DNA of 64,000 nt from Candidatus Magasanikbacteria bacterium GW2011_GWC2_37_14 (GTDB taxonomy: Bacteria > Patescibacteriota > Patescibacteriia > Magasanikbacterales > UBA922), in contig LBSX01000007.1 in assembly GCA_000990355.1 (NCBI GenBank), forward strand, positions 441 to 64,440, read 5' to 3'. The translations under genes and the position numbers were made by a program. Under the pieces are notes generated by a model. That model saw nothing but the letters and a program-made list of their open reading frames with translations, did not search any database and was not told where the DNA came from. Below are positions 30,132 through 43,300 of the stretch, one piece after another (the stretch's first letter is position 1; each line of letters begins with the position of its first letter).

Positions 30132-30947
30132 TTATTTAGTTTCTGGTAATTCAAAAATTTTTCCAAGGCCCGTTGGACTATAACCATTTTTTACTTCTGC
30201 TCCATCCAAATAATTATCACCATCACTGTCTGGATTAAGTGGATTGGTTTTCCAAATAATTACCTCATCACCATCACTTAATTCATCTTTATCTGTATCC
30301 CAATTATTGGGATCTGTACCAATTTCTACTTCTCTGGTATCATCCAGGCCGTCTCCATCTTTGTCAATTGGTTCACCAAAAAGCACTTGATCATCGGTTA
30401 TTTGTGAACCAATATCAGTAACAGTGTTATTTTCATTCCCAGTATTAACCACAGTATTATTATTTGCTTCTATTTGATTATTATCTATGTTATTAGTTGT
30501 ATCGGCAGTATTATTTTCCACCACAGCTGGTTGGTTAGAATTAATATATTTATTATAAGCCCACCAACCTCCCATTCCCAAACCACCCACAACCAAAACA
30601 ATCACCAACAAAGTAATAATTACTCTAGTGACTACTGGTTCTTTCAAATCATAGTTTTCTGTTGATTTAATAATTGGTGGAGTAGTTTCTTCTGGCATTG
30701 CCGAAAAAGACGGTCTACTAACCGGTATTTCTACATTATTAACTTCTGGCTGAACTTTTGGAGTAAGCACCCCCGCAGCCAAAGCACTGTTCCCTGCTCC
30801 TGGTTCCAGAGTAACTTCGTTTTCTTCGGTAGCAACCCCAGAAAACATATCTTCGGGCTCGCCTTGACCAAATGGAACAGGCTCGCCTACTGGCAAATTG
30901 CCAGGAATTCCCGAGGGATTTTTGGTATTGATTGGTTCATCAAACAT
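30132..30947 (-). CDS. Bitopic protein with DxDxDG Ca-binding repeats
   Basis: Pro-rich N-terminus, TM, DKDGDGLDD, DTDKDELSD, DSDGDNYLDGAEVKNGYSP. Confidence 0.8.
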   Translation of the reverse strand: MFDEPINTKNPSGIPGNLPVGEPVPFGQGEPEDMFSGVATEENEVTLEPGAGNSALAAGVLTPKVQPEVNNVEIPVSRPSFSAMPEETTPPIIKSTENYDLKEPVVTRVIITLLVIVLVVGGLGMGGWWAYNKYINSNQPAVVENNTADTTNNIDNNQIEANNNTVVNTGNENNTVTDIGSQITDDQVLFGEPIDKDGDGLDDTREVEIGTDPNNWDTDKDELSDGDEVIIWKTNPLNPDSDGDNYLDGAEVKNGYSPTGLGKIFELPETK

Positions 30948-30988
30948 ATAATTGTCCTGTCATTCCCGCGCAGGCGGGAATCTAAAAA

Positions 30989-31393
30989 TTATTTAACTAA
31001 TTTACCTGCACCTAATGGATTATAATTATTAATAATTTCATAGCCATCCCAATAGCCATCGTCATCAGTGTCTACCTTTGTTGGATCAGTTTTATAAACT
31101 TCTATTTCTTCTTTATCAGTTAAACTATCACCATCAGTATCAGAATCACGATTACTAGTGCCAATTTCTTTTTCTTTGGTATCCAAAATTCCGTCACCAT
31201 CCAAATCATTGGGATCTAATTTTAATTTTTCAAAAACTACTGTTTCCACTGGCTTAATTTTATTATCTAATACTACATTATTTTTATTCCTTAAAAGTAG
31301 CCAAAAACCAGCCAAGATTCCTGCTCCCAGTATTAAAACCAATAAACTAATTAAAATAATTCTTTTCATATTATTTTTTAAGTAGTAGGACAA
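30989..31393 (-). CDS. Small membrane-anchored DxDxDG repeat protein
   Basis: TM; DLDGDGILD, DTDGDSLTD, DTDDDGYWDGYEIINNYNP. Confidence 0.8.
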   Translation of the reverse strand: MSYYLKNNMKRIILISLLVLILGAGILAGFWLLLRNKNNVVLDNKIKPVETVVFEKLKLDPNDLDGDGILDTKEKEIGTSNRDSDTDGDSLTDKEEIEVYKTDPTKVDTDDDGYWDGYEIINNYNPLGAGKLVK

Positions 31394-34300
31394 CTCTCCA
31401 AAACATCCGCACTTACTTTCACATCACATTCATCAGTTCTAATCACCCCATCTGCATGGTCAACATCTACTGGAGCAATAATCGGCGCTGTATTATTTCC
31501 CCTAATCTTAAACACATACCAATACTTAGCCCGTGCATTACTACTAGTGCCCGAGGCATTACGAATACTAAAAGTACGGGTTGGTTTGTAAATTGAATAA
31601 GCTGGTATTTGATTTGCATGAGCCGTATATACTTCTACTTGCAAATTACTTCTCTTGGCGGGCCCACCAATAAAATTAGTCAAAGCACTCACCGTAAACA
31701 CATAATCTTTGCCAGCTCCTGCATCTACAGTAAAAGATTGTACATAAATTTTTGGAGTATGCACTTTGGCATGTACACAAACCAAACTTGTACAGCCATC
31801 CGGAACCCAATATTCATCTGCATTTTTAATTATTGTGCCAAAAGTTGTTGTTGGCAAACGATTGTGTGTCCATTCAGTCGGACTATTAGTTTTTATTACA
31901 TCACCCACAAAACCACCTAATTTATTTTCTTCTTCGCTCGTCCATTTTACTACTATTCTTACCGTGCTTGTTGGCACAGCTGGAGACATTATAACATCAT
32001 TCTCAATCCTAAGCGATTCATCATTAACTGGATAATCAAAAATATCACCATAACCATTTTTCCAAAAATCATTTGCAGTACCACCTCCCGAAACTTTGGT
32101 TTGCAAACCATTTTCATTAAAAAATACTTTATATTCATCTTTACACTGCAAATTTGTTTCTATACCCTTTGGTAAAACGTCTTCAACTGTAATTAATGAA
32201 CTTGATTTATAAAAATAAGCATAATTAGTAGGTACACCATTTTCATTAATATTTAATTTAATTTGTTTAAAATAATATAAATAACCTAAAACATTGGGAT
32301 AATTTCTATACAAACTAACCAATTCAACTCCATAAATACTGTCCCAATTAAACCCTTGCTCAATCATTGGATTTAAAATAGCAATCATTGGATTGGCACC
32401 ACCGTCTACTCTGTCCATTTCAGCACAATTTATACAATTATTTTGTAAATCCAGACAATTGTTTTCACAACTAAAATTTCCTTTATCATTAACATTACAA
32501 GACTTATTTGCTTCACCTACTACTTTGGTGGTAGGGTTATAAGTGCTACTTACTACCGTACCATCACTTTTTACATCACATTTTTCAAAAACTGGAGTGG
32601 TACTACTCACAATTACATCAATCTTACCATTACCACAATAATCAGTTGTTTCTTTAGTAAAGACTTTTTTACAATCACCCGAACACCAGGTGCAAATTTT
32701 GCCTTTGCCATATTCTGGTGTACATTCCAAACCATTTTGTGCTCCCATATCGCAAGCCTCTTTTAAATTTTCATCCACAATTCCGTTGCCACAATAATTT
32801 TCCTGGCCACTTTCTAGTGCGCAACTAATAGAACAGCCATCGCCATTTCTTGGTAAGCATTTTCCTTTACCAATTCCCGCGCAAGTATTATCAGTAGTAC
32901 AAGGTTTTTTGTTTTCACATTGCATACCGTCGTCACAAGTTTCACTACCATTCACTAATCCATCACCACAAAAAACAGTTGCTTTTAATTTACAATTATT
33001 TTGGCATTTGTCTGTATCTACATCATTGCCATCATCACACTCTTCCTGGCCAGCGTCTAGTACTCCATCACCACAATAAGAACCATATTTCTGACAATCC
33101 CACGAACAAGAATATTCTTTATTTTTGGCATAACTGGCAATAATCGGCACACAACGTCCTTTATATTCAGAGGTAGTTTTTACATCATTCAAAAAGTCAT
33201 TTACATTGCTGTAACCTGACAAACCCTCATCAATATTTATACTTTGGGTATTAATGTTACAATCATCATTTGTACGACAAACAAAATTAGTATTTAGGGC
33301 ACAATAACCTATTTTATCTGTACAAATATCATTTCTTTCCTTGGCCCAACCTGTTTTGTTGGCATCATTCAAATCCTGCAATGCCTGCATTAATATTACC
33401 GAAACTTCATCACAAGCATCACCAATACCATCACCATCAATATCATTTTGTAATGGGTTATAATTATTTGGACAATTGTCCTCTGTGCCACATTTTTCAT
33501 CTTTATCCACATCATTTTCTGCACAATTAGGATAATAATCACAAGCATTACCGAGTCCGTCACCATCCGAATCTGGCCCATTTGATTTTTTTAGTTGCAT
33601 TTCAGAAGGTAAACAAAAAGGCTGTCCCGCTGGACAAGAAGAACTCATAACACTGTTAGCATTTTTGGGACAATTATCCAAATCATTTATTATTTCGTCA
33701 CCATCACAATCTAAGCCTGGAAAACTCGAAAGATTACACTGTATTTTTAGTGGATCTTCTAAACCTAAATCAAAATTAATGATATGCGATTGTAAAGTAT
33801 TTATGTCTACCAACTTATCCAAATTATATTGATTAGCATAATTAAGCCAATTTCCTAAACCACTAATTAAACCACCATTTACATTAACAGAAGTCTCACT
33901 ACAATTACCTTGAAACACCCAATTCCCAGTTCTAATTGAAGCTTTGTTTTGTGCCAAAGGAGTAGTGGAAGTAAAGTCACACAACTCCAGCGGTTTATTA
34001 TTTGCATCTTTATCTATCAGACTATCTATACTACTATAAACAATATTATGAAAATTTCCACAATAAGCTTGATGTGGCCCCATACAAGCCACCACCCCAA
34101 CGCTATTTTCTCCCGCACAATGCCCATAAGTACCATTTAATTGTCCTTCATCACAAAACTCCGCACTTTCTTTTTCTCCATTACCACAAGTAAAATCCGC
34201 CTGGCAAGCACCATAACTCCAAGTACAAGTATTGGTACAAGTACGAGCCGCTTTGGTAGCACCGGCGCAAGCAGTCAAAACACCACCAATTTTTGTTTGG

Positions 34301-37300
34301 GCTGTTAATTCATTCTTTCCTGGTGGTTCACATTCTTCTCCTGGGGCGACAATACCATCACCGCATTTTTCGCCAAAAGCTCTAAAAGGAGTTTCACTAT
34401 TGCACCAAGGTGTGGTAGTAAAAGTACTAGTATTAATTTTTTCTTCCACAATATTACTACTTAGAGCAAAAAACTCTAATGGGGAATGTAATAAATAACT
34501 CTTGGTAGAAGAAACATAATTATATTCATAAATATTGGAAAATACCGGGCAATACACTGTGGAACTAGGGGCATACCAGCAAGTTTGTTTTTCTGCTCCC
34601 AACCCTGCATCTGTACAACTAGTCCAGGCATTTACTGGATCTTGTGGTAAAGTGCCAACCTTGGCTCCCAATGTATTATTCCAAGAAGGCCAGAGCGACA
34701 AGGTAGCTCCAGGAATAAAAGTCCCGCCTGGCAAATTTCCTTCAAAAGTAACTTTATTCAAATTACTAGTAAAATAACTAGCTAATTTATTTTGCATTCC
34801 CGCAATATCATTCAAACGACGCAAATCACGGAAAAATTTGGTTTTGGCATTGGAACAAATTCCCGAAGTATTTGTTTTAATATTGCCATTTGTTTCTCGA
34901 CATTCAAAGTCTGTATTACAAGAAAATTGATCATTAATATTATCTTGATTATCAAATAGTGTACCATCATTTAAACAATATTTATGATCGCTAATATTAA
35001 TATTAAATTCCAAAGAACCTAAAATTTGTTCCAAAACTTTTTTGGTATTGGCTTGTGCACCTTTGTTTAAACTTATTTGATAAATATTATTCCACAAAGC
35101 ATAATCATGGCCCGTGGTAGTTACCAAATTAAGTGCATTTATATAATAATTGTCACCATCTTGTACTGCATCAAAGCCGGCCAATTCTACTCTCTTGGCA
35201 TTTTGAGTATTGGGAAATCTTTGGGGACTGGTATACCAATCATAGGCCGATAAACGATCAGGATTTTGAAATATTTGTATACCAATTACATCATCGTTAA
35301 TGTTACTAAATAACAAATATCGGCGTAAGGTATCATCTGTAAGTGTAGGATTCATTATCTCTTCTACTTGTTCACCACCGCCAGTACATTGGTCAGCAAC
35401 ACTACTCGTTCCAACTCCACTACAAGTATCTGCTACCAAACTAGCAGGAGCAGCACCCACACAAGTATTAACAACTCCAGAAATTTTCCAAATAGGATCA
35501 AAAGGTACACAGTTCTCACCAGCATTACAACCAGTAGCGTCAGTACAAAAACGATAAGTTGAAGCATAATCTGGTGGATATTGGCCAGTTATTGTACAAT
35601 ATTTACTTTCAGTAACAAGATGTCTAAATTTGCAACTCTTATCCTTATAATATTGAAAATTATAAGCACCACCATATTTACTACAAGATACATACAAAGA
35701 ACTCTCACCAGGCAATACATACCAATCTGTTGTCGGGCAGTCAGTATCAACATTACAAACAGTTGACTGATTATTTGACTTTAATGAACAAGCACCTGGC
35801 TGTGCTACTGAATAATCAGGACAATCGGCACTAGTAGTACAACTTGTACTTGGACTGTGGACACATTTTCCAGGGGTGGCAGTGACTATTGGTGGACAAC
35901 TAGCATCAGTTGTACAACTTGTACTTGGGTTCTGGGCACACTGTCCGGGTACCACAACAATATTAGTCCCAGTATCTTTTTCAATTACTGGCAACAAATT
36001 CATGAATGGTAAGTCATCGGTGGTGGTGCCCGAACGACCTGCATCGGCACAATAACTTAAACTAAAATTATATTTATTATCCTTTAATGGCAGCCAACTA
36101 TCCTCGGTTTCTGGTTCTGGCCAAGGACGTTCACAAAATTTAGCAGTAAGCTCGGTACGTCCAGTAAATATTTTTCCAACCTGATTATTGGTAAGACTTA
36201 AATCATGGGTAACTTTGGCTTGAGCTACAGCTATCAACGACCCTTCTACTTGTCGTGAAGCAATATCTACACTGTCACTCGTGGCATCAAGTGGATTATC
36301 CGAATCTGGAATTGCAAAAACACGATTGTTTGCTGGGGCCCAATGCCAAGTCCAACCATAAGCTGGTGGTAAAGAAACAATTATTTGTCCATTTTCACTT
36401 TCGGCAAAAGAATCAAAAAATTCCGAAGTATTGGCTTTTTTATACCAAGCCTTTTCTGGACTAACTGTTACCTTGTTAATTTTACAAACATCTTTGCCTG
36501 TTTTAAATAACCAAACATCATCTAACTGGTCATTATTTTCTCCATCTTTGGCTCGGATACCTACTCCCCGCACGTCTTTAATGCCACTGTTTCCACCTTT
36601 TAAGATTACGGCATATTCGGTATCTTTTTCTAATAAATTATTTATATAAATTGCAATTGTGGTAGTATTTACAAAAGTTTCATTTCCTACAGTAATTTCT
36701 TCATAACGAACTTTTGACTGCACACCCACACTACCCTCACACCACACTACACTTGCAGGAGTAATAGTAGTGGCTACCGCTTGATCGTTGGTAAATAAAC
36801 TAACAAAAAATAATTTTATTTTCTGCCAAATGTTATTTAAAAAACCAAGCAATTTAGTATCTTGTTCCAAAGCATCTATTCCCATTAATTCATTAGCCCA
36901 AGCTGTACGATCAATAGTATTATTATTAGCACAATTATAGGTGGAACTAGTAGTGCCTTTTAGTAACACAATGTTATCTAATACTGTTTGTTTGTCAATT
37001 TCATTATTAAAAGTTGCTTCTAGATAAGTATTAAGACAAACTCCTTCACTACCCTCCTCAAAACCAGCACCATCAATTGGGTAAACTGTATTTCTTACCG
37101 GACGATAATAACAACAAGAATTTTTACCTACACCAAAAGTATTTACTTCTTGGGCACCATCGGCATCACCCGGACAATTATTATACCAGCCAGCAAAATC
37201 TCCATATTCTGCTTGGGTCTCAAATTCTTTATAACCACACTGTAAATAATATTTACCAGTACCAGTTTTTTGTTCTGCTGTTTGTAAACCTACTTTATCA

Positions 37301-40300
37301 CCATTAGCGTTGGTAAAAGAAATAGCTTTGGCATTAATTGGTGTATATTGGTCGTCAGTTGCTGGGTCTACCTCACCTTCACCAACAGCTGTGGCTACTT
37401 GCACGGGGTTTTCTCCTAAATTTTCGCCCGACAAACTAACTTCACAAAATCCATATTCACCCGAACCAGTTTCTCCATCACCACAGAGCGAAGGTTGTGT
37501 ATAATTTGGCGAAGAACCGCGCAAAGTACAATCTGGCCGACACCACTGTTCATTTGTGTCACATTTTAAATCACTCACATCTAAATTTTCCTCATCATAA
37601 TCTTCATTACAAAGATTTTGCAACAAACAGCTGCTATTACAAACTTTGTTTGCTGGTTGAATAGTAGTAAAAAGGGTATCACCTTCATTGTGAACTTTTA
37701 TTTTCTTGGCAACATCATCAATAATTTCACACTCTTCACCAGATTCTACTATATCATTGCCACAAATACTTATGGCGTTATTACAAGCCTGGGGAACATC
37801 TGCAGCTGTTTGTTCATCAGCTGCTTGTTCATCACACCAAGCCTGCGAAAGGGCTGTGCCAATATGTAAACAATTACTAGAACAACCTTTTTTCGTTGCC
37901 GTATCTTTGGTATCACATTCTTCACCCAATGTTACCGAACCACTACCACACCAAGAAACAGTTACCTGTCCAGCTGGTTGTGTAGATGCGGAACCTTTCC
38001 AAGTGCAATTATTACTTTTACAATAATTTTTTTGATCCATATCTCCTGGGTCACATTCTTCACCTAGAGCAGTAGAAACAAATCCATCACCACAAAGTCC
38101 AAGATTAATTCCAACCGTGGTAGTAGTTAAATTATTTCCCGTGTGCAAACAATTATAACCACAACCTGCTTCGGTGTCCGGGTCATCAATATCACAATCT
38201 TCACCAGCGCCTACTTCACCATCTCCACAGTAAGTTGGCACTTCAATTAATTTTTTGTCACTGCCCAGTGGCTTACAGACTGGACTGCAAAAAGAATTTA
38301 AAGGATCGCCAGTAGAAAAATTAGAAATAGTCGCTACTTCGGTAACATCAGCGGTCCATTCCCAACCAAAACTCCAGGGATTAAGATCTTGTCCATAGGG
38401 ACTACAACTATCGGGCTTGGTTTTTGGTAAAGACAAATATTTAGTTTTTTCTCCGATTAAAAACGAAGTAAAATTATTTGGCACTACTTCTACTTTTTCG
38501 GCTTTGCAAGGGGTGTCATCATTTTTGGTTCTAAATTTCCAGGCAAAAGCTTGTAAATCATTACCGACTTGGATTGAACCATTGGCTTTAAAAGCCCCAA
38601 TGGCTTTTATTTCACTTGTTAAACGCACTAAATACCAAGAATTTTTTACCAAATAAGGATCACTCACATTTATGCGCAAAGTATTGTAAGAAGACATGCT
38701 CTCATCAATTGAAATTAAATCATTCTGTTCATCCAATTTATCTTCGCTACAAAGTTCATCACCACACATATAAAATTCCAAACCATCAGCAAAAGTACTA
38801 GTTACCATCATTTGATTAAATTGCGCGCCAATACCAGCATTTATACAAGCTTCCTCACAATTTGGCCAATAAGAAATTACTTTCGGATCAGACAAATCCA
38901 CTACCAAAGTACTAGTGCCGGTAATAGTAGTTAAGTTATCATCAGTAACATTTTGTAAAGTATTGGTAGTGGCAGTAATTTTTACATTCCAAGGAGTGGT
39001 ATTGGACCACGCAATAATTTTTGCACGGCTATCTATATAACGCGGAGTTAATTTATTGTCACTAGGGTCACTCCCTCCCCGAGAAATTGTACTGCTTACC
39101 CAAGATTCATTATCCGTTTGCCAATTCCAGCCATATCCATCCACATTTAATACTGAACATTTTTGACTGCCCCGACCCCAAACATAATAAAAATAAGGTT
39201 GAGCTGGCGGATGCGGGTTAAAAGGATTAACCAAATCCTGTGGATGAGAAAAATCTTGCACCACACCCAAAAGATGAGTTACATAATTATCGGGAATAAT
39301 CCCAGCCGAAGCTAAAGTACAATTACCATCACCAGTCTTAAAATCAAAACAATAAGCAGTACCATCACTGCAGGGCTTGGTTTTTTTCAAAGGTTGATTA
39401 AATTCTACAAAATTACCCAATGTTTCTCTACGTTCGGCAGAAAAAATATTATCTTTTAATTCTACATGATACCAAGTATTAGAAACCAAATTTGTGGTAC
39501 CATCATGAATATACAAAACTGGATTATTATAAATCGGACCATTTACCTCTACTTCTTCTTTGTCGCTACAATCAATATCACCATTCTTTGCTTCAGCACA
39601 TTTGTATACTGTCACTTTGCCAACAAAATTATTTTTCATCGGCATGTTAAAACGCACCGCAATACTGGCATTCAAACAAGCATTAGTACCACCTTCCCAA
39701 TTTTGCCAAGGCACTGGTGTGGGAAAAGGCACAGTAACAGTTCCCTTACTCCAATTAACTTGGTCACAAACTTCCATTACTTCTGGCAAATGAGGAATTA
39801 AACCAGTAGTAAAACGCCACACATAACCAGCACTATCGGGCTGACCTTTACAACTTAGAGTACTTAATTTCCATTTACCAGCTTCTGCCCCCTCGCTACA
39901 ACACTGAAACCCAGGCATAGCTGTGTTACTATCTCGACAGTCATTAACCAAATAATTTACACTATTTCCAATTCTGTTATTTTTATCTTGTACTTTAATA
40001 GCACCGGTTTCCATGGTTAAGCCATTTTCATAAGGAATAATTGTTTGAATTTTTTCACCATCAATTGATTTGGAATAAGCAAAACCAACAGCATTTATTG
40101 CCTCACTATTTTCCAACCAACCACCACTGGTATTAGGCGACCAAAATTTAACCGTTGGTGTATCGGAAAAATTAATCCCATATAAATTTAAAAATTTTCC
40201 CGCTGGCAAAGGTGCCGGACCAGAAGCTGGAGCAATCGCACAAATTCCGGGCTGTGGCTCTCCTACCATCAAACCAAAAGTATTTTCTCCACTACTAGCC

Positions 40301-43300
40301 AAATTAAAATTATTTTTTAAAATTAAATTTACTTCATCTAATGTTTTTTCTGCTACTTGTGTTGAATGAATAAATTCTAACTTGTTAATTTTTCCATAAA
40401 ATAATCTAGAATTGTCATCTAATGAAGAAATAATATTACCTATTCTAAATGGCAAACTCTCTTTTTTTATTAAATCCGGATCTAAACCCAACTGGATTTT
40501 CGGAATAATTGGTAATGGATTACCCCCTTCACTTAAATAAACATTCATTTTATTATCCTTAATTTCAATCTTTAAATTATAAAGATTGGTAGAATTGTTT
40601 AATAAAGCCACATTCGCTCCATAATCACGCATCGACTTATCAAGAAAAACAGCCGAATGAATAAACAAATATCTTTTTACAATACCATCATTTTTTACTT
40701 GTTCATTTATATACACTTGTTCTTTGCCATCATTCCTAAAAAATAAAAATCTATATTTCATCCACAAATCACCACTTTCAATAAAACCAACATCCGATGA
40801 GGTTGTCAAATTATCTAGTTCAATATCAAATTCAATGGCAGTATCATTTAACAAAGAATAATCACCATTTGTGTCATTGTAAACTTTTGCTTCTGCCAAA
40901 GTATTTATACTATTACCAAGATTTAAACCAATGATATCCGCTAAATCAGCACTCTCGGTTACTATTTTATAAACTGTTTTACCACCAATAAATTTGGTAT
41001 CAATATTTTTTGGTATATTAACTATCACTTGAGTATCTTGCCAATTTTCCGAACACTGTGGTGGTAAACCAACAGTGGTTAATTCTTTACATTTAGTAGA
41101 ATCATAATTTATTGCACAAGCTTTGGCGTCGTTACTATTACCTGCCAAATAAACATGTCCACTAGAACCAAAATTAGACCCATAAATGGTAATTAAACTA
41201 CCAGGGGTTGTGGTAACTGGATCAATAGAACTAATAATTGGTGTTTTAACTGAACCATCACTCAAAATTTCAAATGGCACGCCATTACTATTTTCACCAT
41301 TCACTGTAGCTACTACCCCAACTTTACCTGCACTCAAAACTGGCACAAAAGACCTTACCACAGCATCAGACCAACCAGCACCAACAATTATGGCTTGTAC
41401 CCCACCAAATTTCATGGTGCTACCACTTTGGGTATCACCCAATCCTTTGCCCTGTATTACTACTTGCGCCTTAGATTCTGCTTCTCCTGGTGTAATCGCA
41501 CAAAGACCAGGACGTATAGCGTCATTTTTTAAAAACCAACCGTCATTTGGCCCTGGCATTACACCCCATTCAGGAGTAGTAAGCCCAGCAGTGTCATCAC
41601 TTGGTTTAATTGATTCGCCAGCAATCGTTAAAGTTTTAGCTGATTCTAATTTAATATCACTCAAAAAATTACGATCTAAATCAATATCAGCGGGCACTTC
41701 AATAATTACCCATTGGTCATGCCAAACATTTGTACCTTCTCCGCAATCAGCCAAATTTACATCTAGCCAATCTCCAGCACTTACTTCTCCATCTTGATTT
41801 TTATCTATTCCAAAACTCACTTTGCCTTTGGTACTACCAAAATTTCTTCCCAAAATTGTTACCCAATTACCAGCTCCCCCGTCCATTGGTTCTACATTTT
41901 CAATCAAAGGAAAGGGGCGACAAATTTTGTCATTAACATTTCCTGCGCCAACAGGGTCAATACATTTAAAACTGTAAGCGCAATCAAGGTCATCATGGCA
42001 CGAAGCCCCATCACCACCTCCACAAGAACCACCAACATCTGTCCCTGTTTCATTGCCATTTTTTATTCTATCTTTGCAATGAGCTCCAACCAACATATAG
42101 GTACTAGTAACTTCGGCAAACTTACTATCAATATCATTTCCTCGCAAAGTAAGAGAAATACGCTGTGGAACAATTAAATTTTCTGGAAAAAATACACGTT
42201 GACTAAAATTATAAGGATTATCTATAGGCGCATCCGAAGTGCTAGCAGGGCCATTAAAATAACCATAAATTCTCTCTCCTAAATTTTCAAAACTTCCATT
42301 ATTGAGTGTTAAACCTACATAACCAGCGCCACTTTCATCACTTTCACTGGTTCCAAAATAATATGCACTACCAACTGGCAAACGATCATCAGCTATCTCT
42401 TCTCTCACTCCACTTTTGTTTACCATTTCTACAACTAAGGGAGTTAAAATTGGGGCTAGACTATCTTTTACCGCACTCGTAGTTACGGTAAACTCTGCTT
42501 CGGCACTAAAATCTCCACAACTAGTTTTTAATTCCAAATTATAACCATCAATATCTTTGATATTGGGGCTAACAATTACTTGGTAAGTACCAGCTGGCAA
42601 ACAACTGGTGCTATCTTCACATTTTGTTTCACCAATATAAGTAGCCTGTATTAAACTATTGGCATCTGCCAACTCTCTACCCAAAACTTCAAAACTAAAT
42701 TCTTCGGTAGAGGTAACATTATTACGTAAAATTGTTAGATAATTTTTTATTTCATTACTACTCATGTTTTGCAGTTTTCTGCTAAATGTTACCCGAATAA
42801 CTGCATTATTCATTTGGGTATTGGTAGTTTTTGGGGTAATGCTTTGTACGACAAAATGTTTGTCTTCACAAGAACATAGAGTAGGAAATTCTCTGCAAAA
42901 AACACTCTCACATTCATCACGATTTTCCAAAACATATTTTAAATCGCGACAAGACAAATTGTCTCCATTGCCATCACCAAAACCTGTAGCGTCGGATAAC
43001 TGATTAATTACAAACTGAGCAATAGCCAAAGCTGAAAGAATAATCATTATACCAATCGCGGCATTAATTAAAATCTTTCTTGCCTGTCCAACTTTTTCTT
43101 CATTTCCCGCCGAAGTCATATAAACAAAACCACCATAAAGCATTAAGCCTAGGGCAATAATACCAAGTAAACCCAAAATAGCTCGGATAATCTGGGCAAT
43201 AATTAAACGGATATCAGTAGCTGGAAGATCTAAACTACCCCCGATTCTGTTTAAGCCAAAAGCATCTTGAGCAAAAACATTTGTTTTGAATAACAAAAAC

